Notes: generated by a model from the sequence alone, not told the origin. Numbered from the stretch's first letter, positions 26,223 through 40,881 are shown. The stretch: DNA of 64,000 nt from Haliotis cracherodii (GCF_022045235.1 NW_027266308.1:2108001-2172000), one strand, 5' to 3'. Translations and numbers: made by a program.

Positions 26223-27925
26223 AGCCGGCTATAACACCAACATACAACAGGTAGCGGCTATAGCACCAACATACAATGAGTAGCGGCTATAACACCAACA
26301 TACAACAGGTAGCGGCTATAACACCAACATACAGCAGGTAGCGGCTATAGCACCAACATACAACAGGACGCCGGCTATAACACCAACATACAACAGGTAG
26401 CGCCTATAACACCAACATACAACAGGTAGCGCCTATAACACCAACATACAACAGGTAGCGCCTATAACACCAACATACGGGTAGCCGGCTATAACACCAG
26501 CATACAACAGGTAACTGGCTCTAACACCAACATACAACAGGTAGCCTGCTATAACACCAACATACAACAGGTAGCGGCTATAACACCAACATACAACAGG
26601 TAGCGGCTATAACACCAACATACAACAGGTAGCCGGCTATAACACCAACATACAACAGGTAGCGCCTATAACACCAACATACGGGTAGCGACTATAGCAC
26701 CAACATACAACAGGTAGCGGCTATAACACCAACATACAACAGGTAGCGGCTATAACACCAACATACAACAGGTAGCCGGCTATAACACCAACATACAACA
26801 GGTAGCGCCTATAACACCAACATACGGGTAGCCGGCTATAACACCAGCATACAACAGGTAACTGGCTCTAACACCAACATACAACAGGTAGCCTGCTATA
26901 ACACCAACATACAACAGGTAGCGGCTATAACACCAACATACAACAGGTAGCGGCTATAACACCAACATACAACAGGTAGCCGGCTATAACACCAACATAC
27001 AACAGGTAGCCGGCTATAACACCAACATACAACAGGTAGCGGCTATAACACCAACATACAACAGGTAGCCGACTATAACACCAACATACAACAGGTAGCG
27101 GCTATAACACCAACATACGGGTAGCCGGCTATAACACCAGCATACAACAGGTAACTGGCTATAACACCAACATACAACAGGTAGCCGACTATAACACCAA
27201 CATACAACAGGTAGCGGCTATAACACCAGCATACAACAGGTAGCGGCTATAACACCAACATACAACAGGTAGCGGCTATAACACCAACATACAACAGGTA
27301 GCCGACTATAACACCAACATACAACAGGTAGCGGCTATAACACCAACATACAACAGGTAGCGGCTATAACACCAACATACAACAGGTAGCGGCTATAACA
27401 CCAACATACAACAGGTAGCGGCTATAACACCAACATACAACAGGTAGCCGACTATAACACCAACATACAACAGGTAGCGGCTATAACACCAACATACAAC
27501 AGGTAGCGGCTATAACACCAACATACAACAGGTAGCGGCTATAACACCAACATACAACAGGTAGCGGCTATAACACCAACATACAACAGGTAGCCGGCTA
27601 TAACACCAACATACAACAGGTAGCCTGCTATAACACCAGCATACAACAGATCGCGGCTATAGCACCAACATACAACAGGTAGCGGCTATAACACCAACAT
27701 ACAACAGGTAGCGGGCTATAACACCAACATACAACAGGTAGCGGCTATAACACCAGCATACAACAGGTAGCCGGCTATAACACCAGCATACAACAGGTAG
27801 CGGCTATAACACCAACATACAACAGGTAGCGGCTATAACACCAACATACAACAGGTAGCCGGCTATAACACCAACATACGGGTAGCCAGCCGGCTATAAC
27901 ACCAACATACAACAGATCGCGACTA
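26223..27925. repeat. 29-30-bp minisatellite, ~58 copies (GCGGCTATAACACCAACATACAACAGGTA)
   Basis: Direct periodicity, with a 347-bp block repeat (26474 and 26821). Confidence 0.95.
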
Positions 27926-30274
27926 TATGATGACGCCATACATCAGCATACAGCACGTGACAGCTGAATACAGACAGAGGTGAGTGAGGTACGATCACCG
28001 CTCCTCTGCCCGCCAAGCCCAATCACCTTATTGAACATATCAAACGGAAAATTCTAAGATGATCCATTAATAAACGTTTACAGTCGCCACGATTCAACAG
28101 ACAGGAAAAGTCGACAATCGGTGACAACTTTACACCCTTCTAATGTATGCACAATGGTGCAATAAAATTCAAATTTTCAAAATGTTAACAAGTGCAACAT
28201 GCTAAATAAAAAATTATATTCCGCATGTATGCGTAACCCACTGAATAAACCACGGATTATTTCTAAGAAAGTCTCGCTGAAAATAACGCTTACTGAATGA
28301 TAGATAAATCACGTGCGCGGGATGGACCAACGTTATTCATTACTACAGAGCCAAAGGTCGTTATTTTTTACTTTTTAAAAATATTTATTACATCTGAATG
28401 TAAGACATCCGCGTCAAATGTCTCATTGTCATGTGGGCCTCGACACCGCCTCGTTCAAACAGGTCAACTAATGAGACGGGTTCTTGTCGAGATGACATTG
28501 TCACATGAACAAACATTGACAGTTAGAAATACGTTAGTGACTGACACTGAAAAGAATGTTTTGTCTGGCACCAGGACTGCGGAATATCTGCATATCATTT
28601 AATAAAAAATCTATGTTTTAAAATAGGTAATATCCGACTAGTTATATTCCAAATAATTGAAAAAGTTTTACAAGAGAAATGTGTTGAGTGACAGAATATA
28701 TAACAGACAATTATCTAAGCCTACATACTTTATCCGACCATTTATTTTCATTTTTTTAGACAAATCAGAAGTTATCAAAAGAACATAATTAGCTATTCAG
28801 GTATTGTTAATTATCAGTTTGGAAAAATGATCGGATTTGTAGGTGTTTTTAAGGAAAAGAATCGTAATATTGCTGTTAATATGTATGACGTATATTAGTT
28901 TGTAAGATTTAAATTTTATTCTTACATTTTGCTTTGTTTAATGTTTTTGTGACCTGGAAATGTTTTTTATTCAAGACTACGTTTATACATTAAGTATGTA
29001 AAGATATGGGAACTGCAGAGCCCAGCTGACCGACAAACGCAGCATGCACCCGACATGAACAGAGATGTGTTGATCTTTCATTCTTCTTTCAGCGTTTTCT
29101 TTTGTCTGTCTTCATACAAATATACAAAAGACTTTTTACTTCCGCGAGACGACAGAAACTGACATTTGCGAAAATCATCTGTTATCCACCCCACCGCGTG
29201 AAAATGATTGCGGTGTTTTTTTTATTTCAGGGGCGCATTAAAATGAGCCCTGAAAACAGGTCAGCTGTGGTTGAGTCAGCTGTGACGTCACGTCACGGGG
29301 GGTCCTTTGCCTAATAGTGACGTCACAAAAGCAGGTGATTGACAGTCAGTATTTGAGTGGTCGTTCCACCCCCGCAAACTGTAATCAATGCAAAATCAGA
29401 GTCACGTGTTTTATTGTAATCGGGATAATTAAATTGAACTTTTATCAGAAAAATGCCAACTGTGTCTCGGACGAGTAAATAGGAATAATCGCAAGTTTAA
29501 TGACTTGTGAAATATCGGATCTCCGGTTGAATAACCTGACAATAAGATGGTTCTTGACAGCGTCGTATTAAGCATGAGAAACTAAGAAAATTATTAAATT
29601 ATGAGAATAATTTTATCTTTGGTGGATAACCACTTTAACACGCGTTTCCGTGAACAAACAATATTGAGTTCGCCGTGTGTCACTAACGGCGTGTTTTACA
29701 AGTTCATTAGGGGTTAAATGAACTTAATATGAAATAAACGGAACCTCGAGAAGCATTGTCAATTTCACTGACGGGATATAGCCTACGTACAACACCTGTT
29801 GATACATTGTAAGACATCTTGTACATTTCAGAGCATCACGTGTCGATTTCTGCCTATTTCTTTTCACAAGTGCATATGCCTTACATTGCAATGTCGTTTC
29901 ACGTTCCACCTGGTGCAATAGACAAGCCCGTCACGTAAAGCTTCCTGTCAAATGTGTGAAATAGACAACCAGGTGGTGATATAAATGTTGCATCTGTTAT
30001 GCCATGTAAAACGGATTCCTGGTTCCCACCACCGCTCGATACTACTTTTATATGTTTCTGCAGCATCCCAATTTGATATCTTAATTGCGTTTCTAGAAGT
30101 AGAAGTATTTGATTATAAGCAGTAAAAACAGTAATTAAAAATAACAAGAAAAGGGTAAAAATGAAATCCGACAAAATATGTTTTGAAAATGTGGAACAAG
30201 AAAAATGTTATATAATTTCCAGTCCATATGTTATTAAAAGTTGTTGTTTTTTAAATAATTATGTGAACATGTCT

Positions 30275-31490
30275 TTACAAGTATGAGACTGTGTTGTCTA
30301 GGAATGAGAATATGGTTTTACAAGTGTGAGAATGCGTTGTCTAAGAATGACAATATGGCTTTACAAGTGTGAGAATTTGTTGTCTAAGAATGGAAATATG
30401 GCTTAACAACTGTGAGAATGTGTTTTCTAAGAATGGGAATATAACTTTACAGGTGTGAGAATGCGTTGTCTAAGAATCGGAATATGGCTTTACAAGTGGG
30501 AGAATGCGTTGTCTAAGAATGAGAATATGGCTTTACAAGTGTGAGAATTTGTTGTCTAAGAATGGGAATATTGCTCAACAATTGTGAGAATGCGTTGTCT
30601 AAGAATCGGAATATGGCTTTACAAGTGGGAGAATGTGTTGTCTAAGAATGGGAATATGGCTTTACAAGTGGGAGAATGCGTTGTCTAAGAATGGGAGTAT
30701 GGCTTTACAAGTGGGAGAATGTGTTGTCTAAGAATGGGAATATGGCTCAACAATTGTGAGAATGAGTTGTCTAAGAATGGGAATATGGCTTAACAATTGT
30801 GAGAATGCGTTGTCTGAGAATGGGAATATGGCTTTACAAGTGGGAGAATGTGTTGTCTAAGAATGGGAATATGGCTTTACAAGTGTGAGAATGTGTTGTC
30901 TAAGAATGGGAATATGGCTTTACAACTGTGAGAATGCGTTGTCTAAGAATTGGAATATGGTTTTACAAGTGTGAGAATGTGTTGTCTAAGAATGGGAATA
31001 TGGCTCAACAATTGTGAGAATGAGTTGTCTAAGAAAGGGAATATGGCTTAACAATTGTGAGAATGCGTTGTCTGAGAATGGGAATATGGCTTTACAAGTG
31101 GGAGAATGCGTTGTCTAAGAATGGGAGTATGGCTTTACAAGTGGGAGAATGTGTTGTCTAAGAATGGGAATATGGCTCAACAATTGTGAGAATACGTTGT
31201 CTAAGAATGGGAATATGGCTTAACAATTGTGAGAATGCGTTGTCTGAGAATGGGAATATGGCTTTACAAGTGGGAGAATGCGTTGTCTAAGAATGGGAAT
31301 ATGGCTTTACAAGTGTGAGAATGTGTTGTCTAAGAATGGGAATATGGCTTTACAACTGTGAGAATGCGTTGTCTAAGAATTGGAATATGGTTTTACAAGT
31401 GTGAGAATGTGTTGTCTAAGAATGGGAATATGGCTTTACAAGTGTGAGAATGCGTTGTCTGAGAATGGGAATAAGGCTTTACAGGTGTGA
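30275..31490. repeat. 43-bp minisatellite, ~28 copies (ATGGCTTTACAAGTGKGAGAATGYGTTGTCTAAGAATGGGAAT)
   Basis: Direct tandem periodicity. Confidence 0.95.
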
Positions 31491-32273
31491 AGTGCTCGTT
31501 TCCGAAGCAGAGCTTGAAAACCGTGCACTATTTATTCACCAAACTTGGCACACGGATAGGTCTTGTAGTGAACTGGTGCCTTTTGATAGTTTGAGAGTTT
31601 TTAACAGATAATTTTTGAGTTCCCATGGCAACAATTGTCATATATTTATTCACAAGTATTTACCATTGCGGGGATACCCCTGACATTGTCCTCTTGTAAA
31701 TATAATGCAGAAAGCATTAGTTTTGTTATATGGGTAAAACATTTTTATCTGTATATATCATTTAGTTTTGTAGAGTCTCTCATAGCTTTATATGAAAGTG
31801 GCTGTATTAATATCTTTATGTAAAAAAAACATTATTAAGCATGTTTTTATATGATATACAGTGGTGAGACGAAAATAAAATATCTGTCTGTCTCCTGTAA
31901 TACTTCAAAACTTCATTGTGAAGTTGGTATTATTGTTTGTGACTACAAACTTGAGATTCTAAATGTTCTGCTTGTTCTGTTCCTTCCATTAGTCATCGTC
32001 TCTATGGCACGACAACCCACCGGAAGTACATGCGTTCCTTGAGTTTACAATTCATGACGAATCTGTTCAGTGTCGGTGTGAGGAGCACGTCTCAATCCTC
32101 ACGTACACGTCGATGATGTCGTAAAGATGTTATGACTGAAATAAATCCTATACCCCCACAAGCATGTGGGGCTGTGATGGCTTCAAACATGTCTACATCA
32201 CCACGACGGGGTCAGCATCGGGACGTGTGATGATGTGCAGATGAGGAGGATGGTGCCCACTCTGCGAGAGATG

Positions 32274-32274
<1 letters not shown>

Positions 32275-32323
<49 letters not shown>

Positions 32324-32374
32324 ATTCATGTTTTCGCTTATTTATTTGGCAATTATAAGTGTTAACTCCCTTGT

Positions 32375-32461
<87 letters not shown>

Positions 32462-32584
32462 CAAGTATTTGCTTATTTATTTGGCAATTATAAGTGTTAA
32501 CTCCCTTGTGTTAGTTAGTTAGTTAGTTAGTTAGTTCAAGTATTTGCTTATTTATTTGGCAATTATAAGTGTAAACTCCCTTGT

Positions 32585-32623
<39 letters not shown>

Positions 32624-32643
32624 CATGTATTTGCTTATTTATT
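32275..32643. repeat. Composite (TTAG)n microsatellite with a repeated ~50-bp spacer
   Basis: Four TTAG runs separated by near-identical GCTTATTTATTTGGCAATTATAAGTGT(T/A)AACTCCCTTGTG. Confidence 0.9.
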
Positions 32644-35569
32644 TCTACTAAACTTAACATAAATCTGCCAACTCCAGATCACGATTCTGACGTAGGCAGG
32701 GACTTATGTTGATCGGCTTAGCAAATAGAGGCTGGCGTTGATTAGACCGTGGTGGGTTTATATAAACAAAGGCCATCATAACTGTCATCGAGGCTAATCA
32801 AGACCTGGTGAAATCAGCTAATTAGCCCACAGAATAATAGCGTCATGACACGTGTATGGGCATTCGTAGATTGCACAAAAATATATGAGAACGTCATAAA
32901 TACTTCTTATTCCAATCATGTATGTCAGATTAGCAAAACAATAATGTTTGTTAAAAATACAGATTTAGAGGGGATTGTATAGTTCAGTCTAATAATCCAT
33001 CATGGATTGTCTCAGTATGTAACCTCACAAGAGAATAACATATTGATTGTTTTTAATTATGAAATCAAATAAAACCAAAGATTACGAATTATTAAATTTA
33101 CTATTGACTTTAAACATTAATATATAATATTTATTTTCTTAAGTTATCAATTTTTGCAGGAATATATCACCACAACATTTTTAATAACAAAACAATTATT
33201 TACATAGAAGCATTTATCCACATCAAGAGATTTACGCTCTTAGATACACGCGGCTAATCATCGTTTGTTAAACAATGCATGTCTTCGGCGGTCACTTCTA
33301 AAATAGCTTGGTGTGATATCTAGGGACGTGAGAAAAACTAGATTTACAGCAGTTCCATTTTTTATTAGTTAACTTCCAAATACGCCTATGGTTGCTGTGT
33401 GGAGCAAATTCAAATTGCGTGCGTGCACATGCATGTATATTCATCGCCATTTGATGCAGAAGCACGTCGCTCTGGTCGACCATATAGACAATATGCATGA
33501 GGCTTATAGATGCATCGCATGAGGCTTATAGATGCATCTTTTGATACACTTATTTTAATGGCGCACCTGCCTATGATATAATTGTACACAAAACAGCGTT
33601 CCGATATTTTTTTAAAATCTCTGGATATTTAGCTTTGTTATAGAAACGAATATACTATGCAGATTCGGGGGGTGGGGGGTGGGGGGTGGGGGGGGGGTGG
33701 GGGGTCAAAACTACGCTAATGACCCCTGACCCCTGACACATCCCTTGCAGTATCCGGTCCGGGGATGGGTGACGTTGAATGGTACCGGAGTGGGTTTGAA
33801 AAGACTAATATAATAATACGATGAGATCTTGGATTTAACCCCGGACAATTAAACCTCTCCCTTCCGAACCCCTGCTGCTTCAAGCCCGGGGGGTGGGCAT
33901 GGTCCATGTCAGGGAAGGAATAAGCAGGACAGGTTAGTTTAGACACGAGTTCAGATTAGTGCTAGGATTAATACCGCTCATGGCCTGACACCCCCCATGC
34001 TGTTCCCCCCCGGGGTCGGGGATCAGGATTCAGGGAGGGGTACATGCACGTGCAGGTGAGGATAATATCACCCCCTGTCATGTAATACCCAAGATGCTAA
34101 TGAGACACTTATCTGTGATGCTGATGCTTGGCAAGGGAGATAATCTGTGAGCGGCGATGAGGCTAAAATAATCCCTTCATTGTATTTATTAAAACGCATT
34201 TCCAATTTCAAAATAAGCTAAAATAACAGAATATCTCTGAAAAATAAACAGAGATTAAGCTATTATTTCACATATTTGTATCTACTTCAAAGTAATGACT
34301 TGATTCTGATTTTAAGGCTTTATATTTAAATTCAATCTTGAATTTGTTACATGTATTCACATTGAAAAACAAACTTAACATATCAAATATCACTTTATAT
34401 AATCTTGATAATCTGCTGTTTCACGTCTGGTGAATATCTGCACCTAATTAAATCAAAACCAGTCCAGATAATACAAACGGTTAACACTGCATGAAAATTG
34501 TTTGATTTTTTGTTGTTGTTGTTGTTGTTAAACCTTAAAGTATTAAATAATAAAAGATTTCACTATATGTCAGTTTAATTCCCTACTCAAATATACTCAT
34601 GCTCGTAATTAAAGTATACCCATCACTCTGCAGATTAGTCCGTCATACAGACCCTGAAACAAATATATCCAAAACAGCCCATGCAAGTCTATAATGTTTG
34701 GCATGTCTAGATTACTGCAGTATCAGGAAATGAAGAAAGTCTCTGGGCTCCTTTTTAATATATTACATAACTATAATTCAACAACCGTTTTTTTCTGTAA
34801 AATATATTCATTTCAGAGACTAGATATTACGTGTTAGTACAGGGTAGACTATAATTATGAGTATATGATATGTATGAGCTATCTTAAAAATCGCCTGCCG
34901 AAACTAGATTTAAATGGCAAGTGTATTTCCACACATTCATACAAAAAACGTTGTTCTGCTCATCCAAATATCAACATATTATTTAGGAGATAACAATTGC
35001 CTTGATCATAAACGCAGTCAACTGACATAAAACCGATTAGCTCCCTTGGGATGAAATCAACACGTGCTAATTAGCAGAGAAGCAACAAGTTGGTTGATGG
35101 GGAGATGTCAGTGTCAGTGCCGTGCACGTGAAGTCGGCTGCGCGTGCTGCCGTGACTCTGACATGACTTGTCATAACAACGCTATCGACATCGGTAATAG
35201 ATTCCCGGCTTCCTTCTCTGCAATTAACGTGCATGCGTCTTCGCCTGTTTTTGAAACATGCGTACACCCAGCTGTGAAATCGACATGGCGAAGCGCGTGA
35301 TAGAACGCACATGACGTGTACATGTGCACACACATGAACGCGTCGGAATGTCGGCGAGCGTTCACCGCGTGTAATTAATACACACCTGTTTCATGTGGTC
35401 GGAGATGACAGGTCGCTAACTTGGGCAACGTCACGGTGCATGGTGCAATAAGCGGCAATGAAACATGCATTTTTAAGTCGTAGTTAAAGTAGGAAATTGT
35501 TTATTTACGTGTCACACGCATTTGAACAAATAAAATACACATGATATAGATATAGATATAGAAAACAGT

Positions 35570-35858
35570 GCGTCGAGCCACAAATTGGTCTGTAAGACAC
35601 TAAAATCAAATTCTACACACACAAAATACTTCGTTGTATAAAATAAATATTACAACATTTTTCTTCTAAACATTTTTTTAAAAGCTTTAAGGCTAAAAGG
35701 ATTTGTATTTTACTTTCGTTCATTATATATACAAATTTATCTTCATCATTAAAGTTATAAAACCAAGGAGTATTTCCATATGCTGCATTAAAAAGATTGA
35801 AACGCAAATCATCATAAAAATTACATTGAATTAAAAAAAATAATTCTTTTTCAATCAT
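35570..35858 (-). pseudogene. LINE ORF2 C-terminal and 3' relic
   Basis: EKELFFLIQCNFYDDLRFNLF..FNDEDKFVYIMN resembles the degenerate C-terminal E..HF...C..Y.DLR region of invertebrate non-LTR elements. Confidence 0.55.
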
Positions 35859-36969
35859 GCATATACATCAGATAAGAAGACTGCAAGTGCCAGTGTATGG
35901 TGTTGCATCGTCTCCGGGCCGAAACAATCCATGACATATCTGTCACACGCAGTAAGATTATAAACGTCAGATTCCGAATCATTATGACAGAAGGAACACC
36001 CGCCCTCGTGAACACGGGAAGAAAGAGGACGCAAAAGTACAGCTGTCATTCCTCGGATCCTGTTGTCAAACGAAGGAAACGGAGAACTATTATATTTTTA
36101 GATTTACAAGTACGGAGATGAAAAAAACCATTAGCTACGTATACAACTTGGTATATGTATGCTCAAACAGGGACGCTGGTGTAGATCTGTACCGGGGTNN
36201 NNNNNNNNNNNNNNNNNNNNNNNNNNNNNNNNNNNNNNNNNNNNNNNNNNNNNNNNNNNNNNNNNNNNNNNNNNNNNNNNNNNNNNNNNNNNNNNNNNNN
36301 NNNNNNNNNNNNNNNNNNNNNNNNNNNNTATATGTTTTTCATTCGTGAATGTGTCTTAAGTTTTACCTCTAAATAAAAATTACAAAGAAAGAAAGTAGGT
36401 AACAAAGAAAATTTACATATAAATAAATAAATAAAGTCTACCTCAAGGCTTCTCAAGGTATCATTGTACTGTGTCACGACCTCGTCATAACAAAACCATA
36501 AGTCGTTATTTAAGGTCCATTTTCCAAGTAATAATAATTTGATATTATCGTGTCCATAATTTCAGATACCTTACAGGGACTTGTACGATTTCGCGCAGGT
36601 TTCGTTAAACCGCCCACGTTGTGAGCCGTGACGGCTGTGCAAGTTGACGCCGCCGACAACGCTGCTGGGAAGGTGTGCACGGAAGGTGTTCTGTCTCAGC
36701 TCTCGGAAGACGAGGGTTTGGTGCGGGGGAGGCATATTGTTCCGAGTCAAAGGAATCGACGTCTACGTTAAAATCAAGGCCCGGTTGTATTGTCATGACC
36801 CTTTACGGCGCTCCCCCGAAACAACGGCTGTCTGACTTTGCCGTTTCATATCACATTTTACACATGATACGACGCGAGATTTTTGTCCAGACTCATTCTG
36901 ACCAGTTAAATGTGGCTAATGGTGCGTGGATCACGTACTCAATAACCCGAACAAGATTTCATATTTGCT

Positions 36970-37166
36970 TTGTTAGTTCGTTTGTTAACGCCGCACGCAG
37001 CAATATTCCAGCTATATGACGGAGGTCTGTAAATAATCGAGTCTGGACCAGACAATCCTGTGATTGACATCATGAGCATCAATCTACGTAATTGGGACCG
37101 ATGACATGCATCAAGCAAGTCGTCGAGCCTGACCACCCGGTCCCGTTAGTCGCCTCTTACGACAAG
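36970..37166 (-). mobile_element. Family A retroposon, 5'-truncated
   Basis: Tail and core match; similarity stops at GACAAG. Confidence 0.85.
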
Positions 37167-38673
37167 AACAATAATAAGGGTTCAAAATGAAAGCTTGTAG
37201 ACCCAGCCTTATTAGGTTTATTGGACGCTTACAATACACGTGTATTCACTGTGGAAAAAAATATAATAAATATTAAATTTTAAAATCTATTCCTCAAATA
37301 TCATTAAGAGGTCATGGCACGTATCCTGATGACATCATCATGTTCACTCCATGCTTGGGTGATTTTGATCCAGCTAGAAAAACATTAATGATTAAAACTA
37401 ATTCTTGAGTAAGTCTCTTATTGCGCACGTGACACTTTTATTTCATTACATAACCCTACTTACCATTCATCGGGAAAAACTAACTCTGCGCTGAAATACA
37501 ATACCCCCGACACCTGTTTAAAATAGCAAAGCCTCCGTGAAACAGAGGTTAACTAATTAGTGCACATACTTTTTAATTACTGTCATTTCTAATTACCATT
37601 ATATATTATGCAAATTCTGATAGGCATATCTGCTGTTAGCACTAGCGGGATTAGCGTTGACACGTCTTGATTAACGCTAAGTGGTTGTTGTTGTTAGGCG
37701 ATGTCCTTCCAGCTCATGTAATGAGACATAGAATTTGGGACATTAATATGCTTGTTCTTGTTTATAATTCCTTCTTTATTAAACCCTAACCCACAAGGAC
37801 AGTGTTTAGGATGCGTATATACACAAAAACATTTTTTACAAATAGAAAATCCTCCTCGTATTTTCTCACAAGATCGGTACATATATAGCAATACATCTAT
37901 GCGAGTTGTTTCAAATGATATTTGAAAATAATCTTCGAATTCGCTCTTATTGTCATCACATAACGTTACTCGTTAGTTAGTATTTCATGTATGGTAACGT
38001 ATAACGTGCTATAATGAAATAAATCTTGTATTTGCCCATTCGGACATTGTTTAATATTTCTAGATCCTACAGAGCAAGTTACTAGCACATTGGATTCCAG
38101 TCAATCAAAACCAATTTTGTATTTTAACAGACAATGGTTTATATACGTCTGACCTTTGCTTATATCATGAATAGTTAATCAATAATTATAGATAACATCC
38201 TTTAATTGTTTTATATGAATTAAACAGTAAAAGGTTATCCTTATTAAATATGTATCCGTTTGTGTATTATTTATGTCATGATTATGTCAGTGAAGCTGAT
38301 GTCGNNNNNNNNNNNNNNNNNNNNNNNNNNNNNNNNNNNNNNNNNNNNNNNNNNNNNNNNNNNNNNNNNNNNNNNNNNNNNNNNNNNNNNNNNNNNNNNN
38401 NNNNNNNNNNNNNNNNNNNNNNNNNNNNNNNNNNNNNNNNNNNNNNNNNNNNNNNNNNNNNNNNNNNNNNNAAATATCATGAGCATCGATCCATACAATT
38501 GGGACAAGCATAGCCGCCTTTTACGGCAAGCATGTGTTGCTGATGACCTATTCTACTGCATCGGATTGTGTTTTATTGTAAAATAAACCTTTATGATAAA
38601 GCAGGGATTGTTAACGTTGTGAATGAGCGTTGTTTGTAGTTTTTTGTCAACAATATAACTCTACACCTGCGTG

Positions 38674-39111
38674 AGGGGAATTTTATGAATGAAAGTACTT
38701 GATCCACGCGAAATAAGCATGCAAACATGTCGGCATAGGTAAATAGTCAGGTCAAGTTTCCCGGAATAAATGATCTTATAATAGCACTGACTCGTTTCCG
38801 TATCTTAATTTCGTTTTCGTTTTCGTTGAATATAAGAAACAACGTATATATAAATATATATACGTAACTGAAACCTAGGTATGTCGACAATCTTAAACGT
38901 ATTTCATAATTATCCGAACCGCAACGTCTTTTTACTTCTATTGTCATGTATAGATATTCGAAGCAATATTGCAATATTGGTAGGGCTATGTGATATAACT
39001 AAATGATAAGCTACCAAACGCCACAATACTGATTATGTCCACAGATTCGTATACATGTTTTGTAATCGAATAAACAGTGTTGATTATAAATCAGTTTGCT
39101 GTTTTGACTGA

Positions 39112-39208
<97 letters not shown>

Positions 39209-39490
39209 GAAATAAGCATACACATGTCGGCCATATCGGCAAGTGAGTCAGGTCAAGTTTCCCCGTATTAAATGATTTAATAATAGCACTGACATGTATC
39301 TTAATTTCTTTTTCCTTTATTTTGAATATGATAAACAACGTTTAAATATAGATTTATTAATGTAGGTAACTGAATCTTATGTAGATCTATTTCGGCATTC
39401 GTAAACGTATTTCATAATTATCTGAACCGAAACGTCTTTCTTTCTTATTCCATTTTCATGTCTTTGTATGTGAATAAACAGTCTCTCTCT
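38674..39490 (+). repeat. Unclassified ~400-bp dispersed repeat (family F): two adjacent copies separated by (CT)n
   Basis: 38674-39078 and 39204-39490 share CAC(G/A)CGAAATAAGCAT..AGTCAGGTCAAGTTTCCC..AATAGCACTGAC..CGTATTTCATAATTATC. Confidence 0.7.
39115..39204. repeat. (CT)n microsatellite; others at 692-750 (GT/G), 11995-12035 (TGTC) and 12583-12640 (C/CA)
   Basis: Simple repeats seen directly. Confidence 0.95.
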
Positions 39491-40713
39491 GGTACAATGT
39501 GTGAAGCCCATTTCACACACAATTCATTCCGTCTCATATTAGCCTGACTATAGGATGTGTTCCGGCCTCAGTTCCTCTGTGAATCTCCGACTGTATAGAA
39601 TACGGATGCCGCCCTGAAGCATGTTGGCGCAGCATCCTTCATCTGAAAGTATTCCATCAGTCTTCTCATCAACCCGACGCCTGTTTCAAAACAAGCAACT
39701 GCACCGAATACCCCACATCAAATCAATACATTAGAAGAACATGCATACATGACAGGGATACTGCGTAGATACGTAGTTTTTGTGTCTATAGTGGTAATTG
39801 TATTGTGTATACACGTCATGCAGCGTCAGTCATCTGATCTCCACCGCCGATACTTTCAACGTCATCAGCTGCAATGTTAGATAGGAATTATCTCGAAATT
39901 ACAATTAAACGACATTAACAAAATGTCAATTCTTCATTTCCGCCTAACGGAATTAAACGCATAGTTAGGTAAAGGTCGCCAAACTTCCGCTTTATATGAA
40001 ATGCCTGCGGTCTATCTGCATTATACAGCTGTTGAAATATTTCAGACCTTTTGCTTAAGCGTGTGTGATTTAAAAGGTTAAACATTCAAAATGTATTTAG
40101 AATAAAACACACCTTCTATGCAGGTGATCGACATGCAGATAACATGGTGTCGCATCAAACAACCTCGGGTCATTTCGGTAATTTACGTAAACAGCTATCA
40201 GCTGTGATGGCGTGTAATAACACCCTTGCATACCGTGACGTTGTGGAATGAAGAAATGCGATGTTGTATATTTCACAAATAGTGTATTTCGCATTTACTA
40301 TTTCATGAACGTGTCGCGTACTTTTAGTACATTTAGTAGTATTGAATTACGATATACAAGGAAAGTGTTAGGCGTTGTACGTGTGCACTTCGCTGTATTG
40401 TGTTTCCTAAATATCTCGTATCAGATTATACGCCATGAATGTGGAATTTTAAGTATAGGAAGTAAACAGGGGAATTAGATAATTTGAGAACAAACTGATC
40501 AGTGTGTGTTTGTATAATGAAGATAGCTTTAAGTATGTTCCCGTGTTATATATATAGATATATGCTTAATTGATTTAATTTTGTAGAACACATAACGTAA
40601 AATCAAGCTTTGTCATACACGTACAACTCGATATTTGCATCCTAAAATGGTAATTGCGTATTGAATGTATCGTAGCATTATATGTAGCCCAGGAATACGT
40701 CATTTTCGATCCA

Positions 40714-40881
40714 GCCGAAGACCCGGGTTCAATTTTCGACATGGGTTCAATGTGTGAAGCCCATTTCTGGTGTCCCCTGCCGTGATATTGCTGGAATATT
40801 GCTAAAAGCGGCGTAAACCTCACTCGCTCTCTCGCTCCTTCCCTCCCTCATTCCCTCACTCACTCATCAACTCACTCACTC
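40714..40881 (+). mobile_element. Family B SINE, 5'-truncated
   Basis: GCCGAAGACCCGGGTTC ... GAAGCCCATTTCTGGTGTCCCC ... GCGGCGTAAA followed by a CTCA-type tail. Confidence 0.8.

Noticed and set aside
31500-31700. Possible Helitron/HINE relic (ACCAAACTTGGCACA motif) next to the 43-bp array
   Set aside because: Only one short motif and no second copy in the window.
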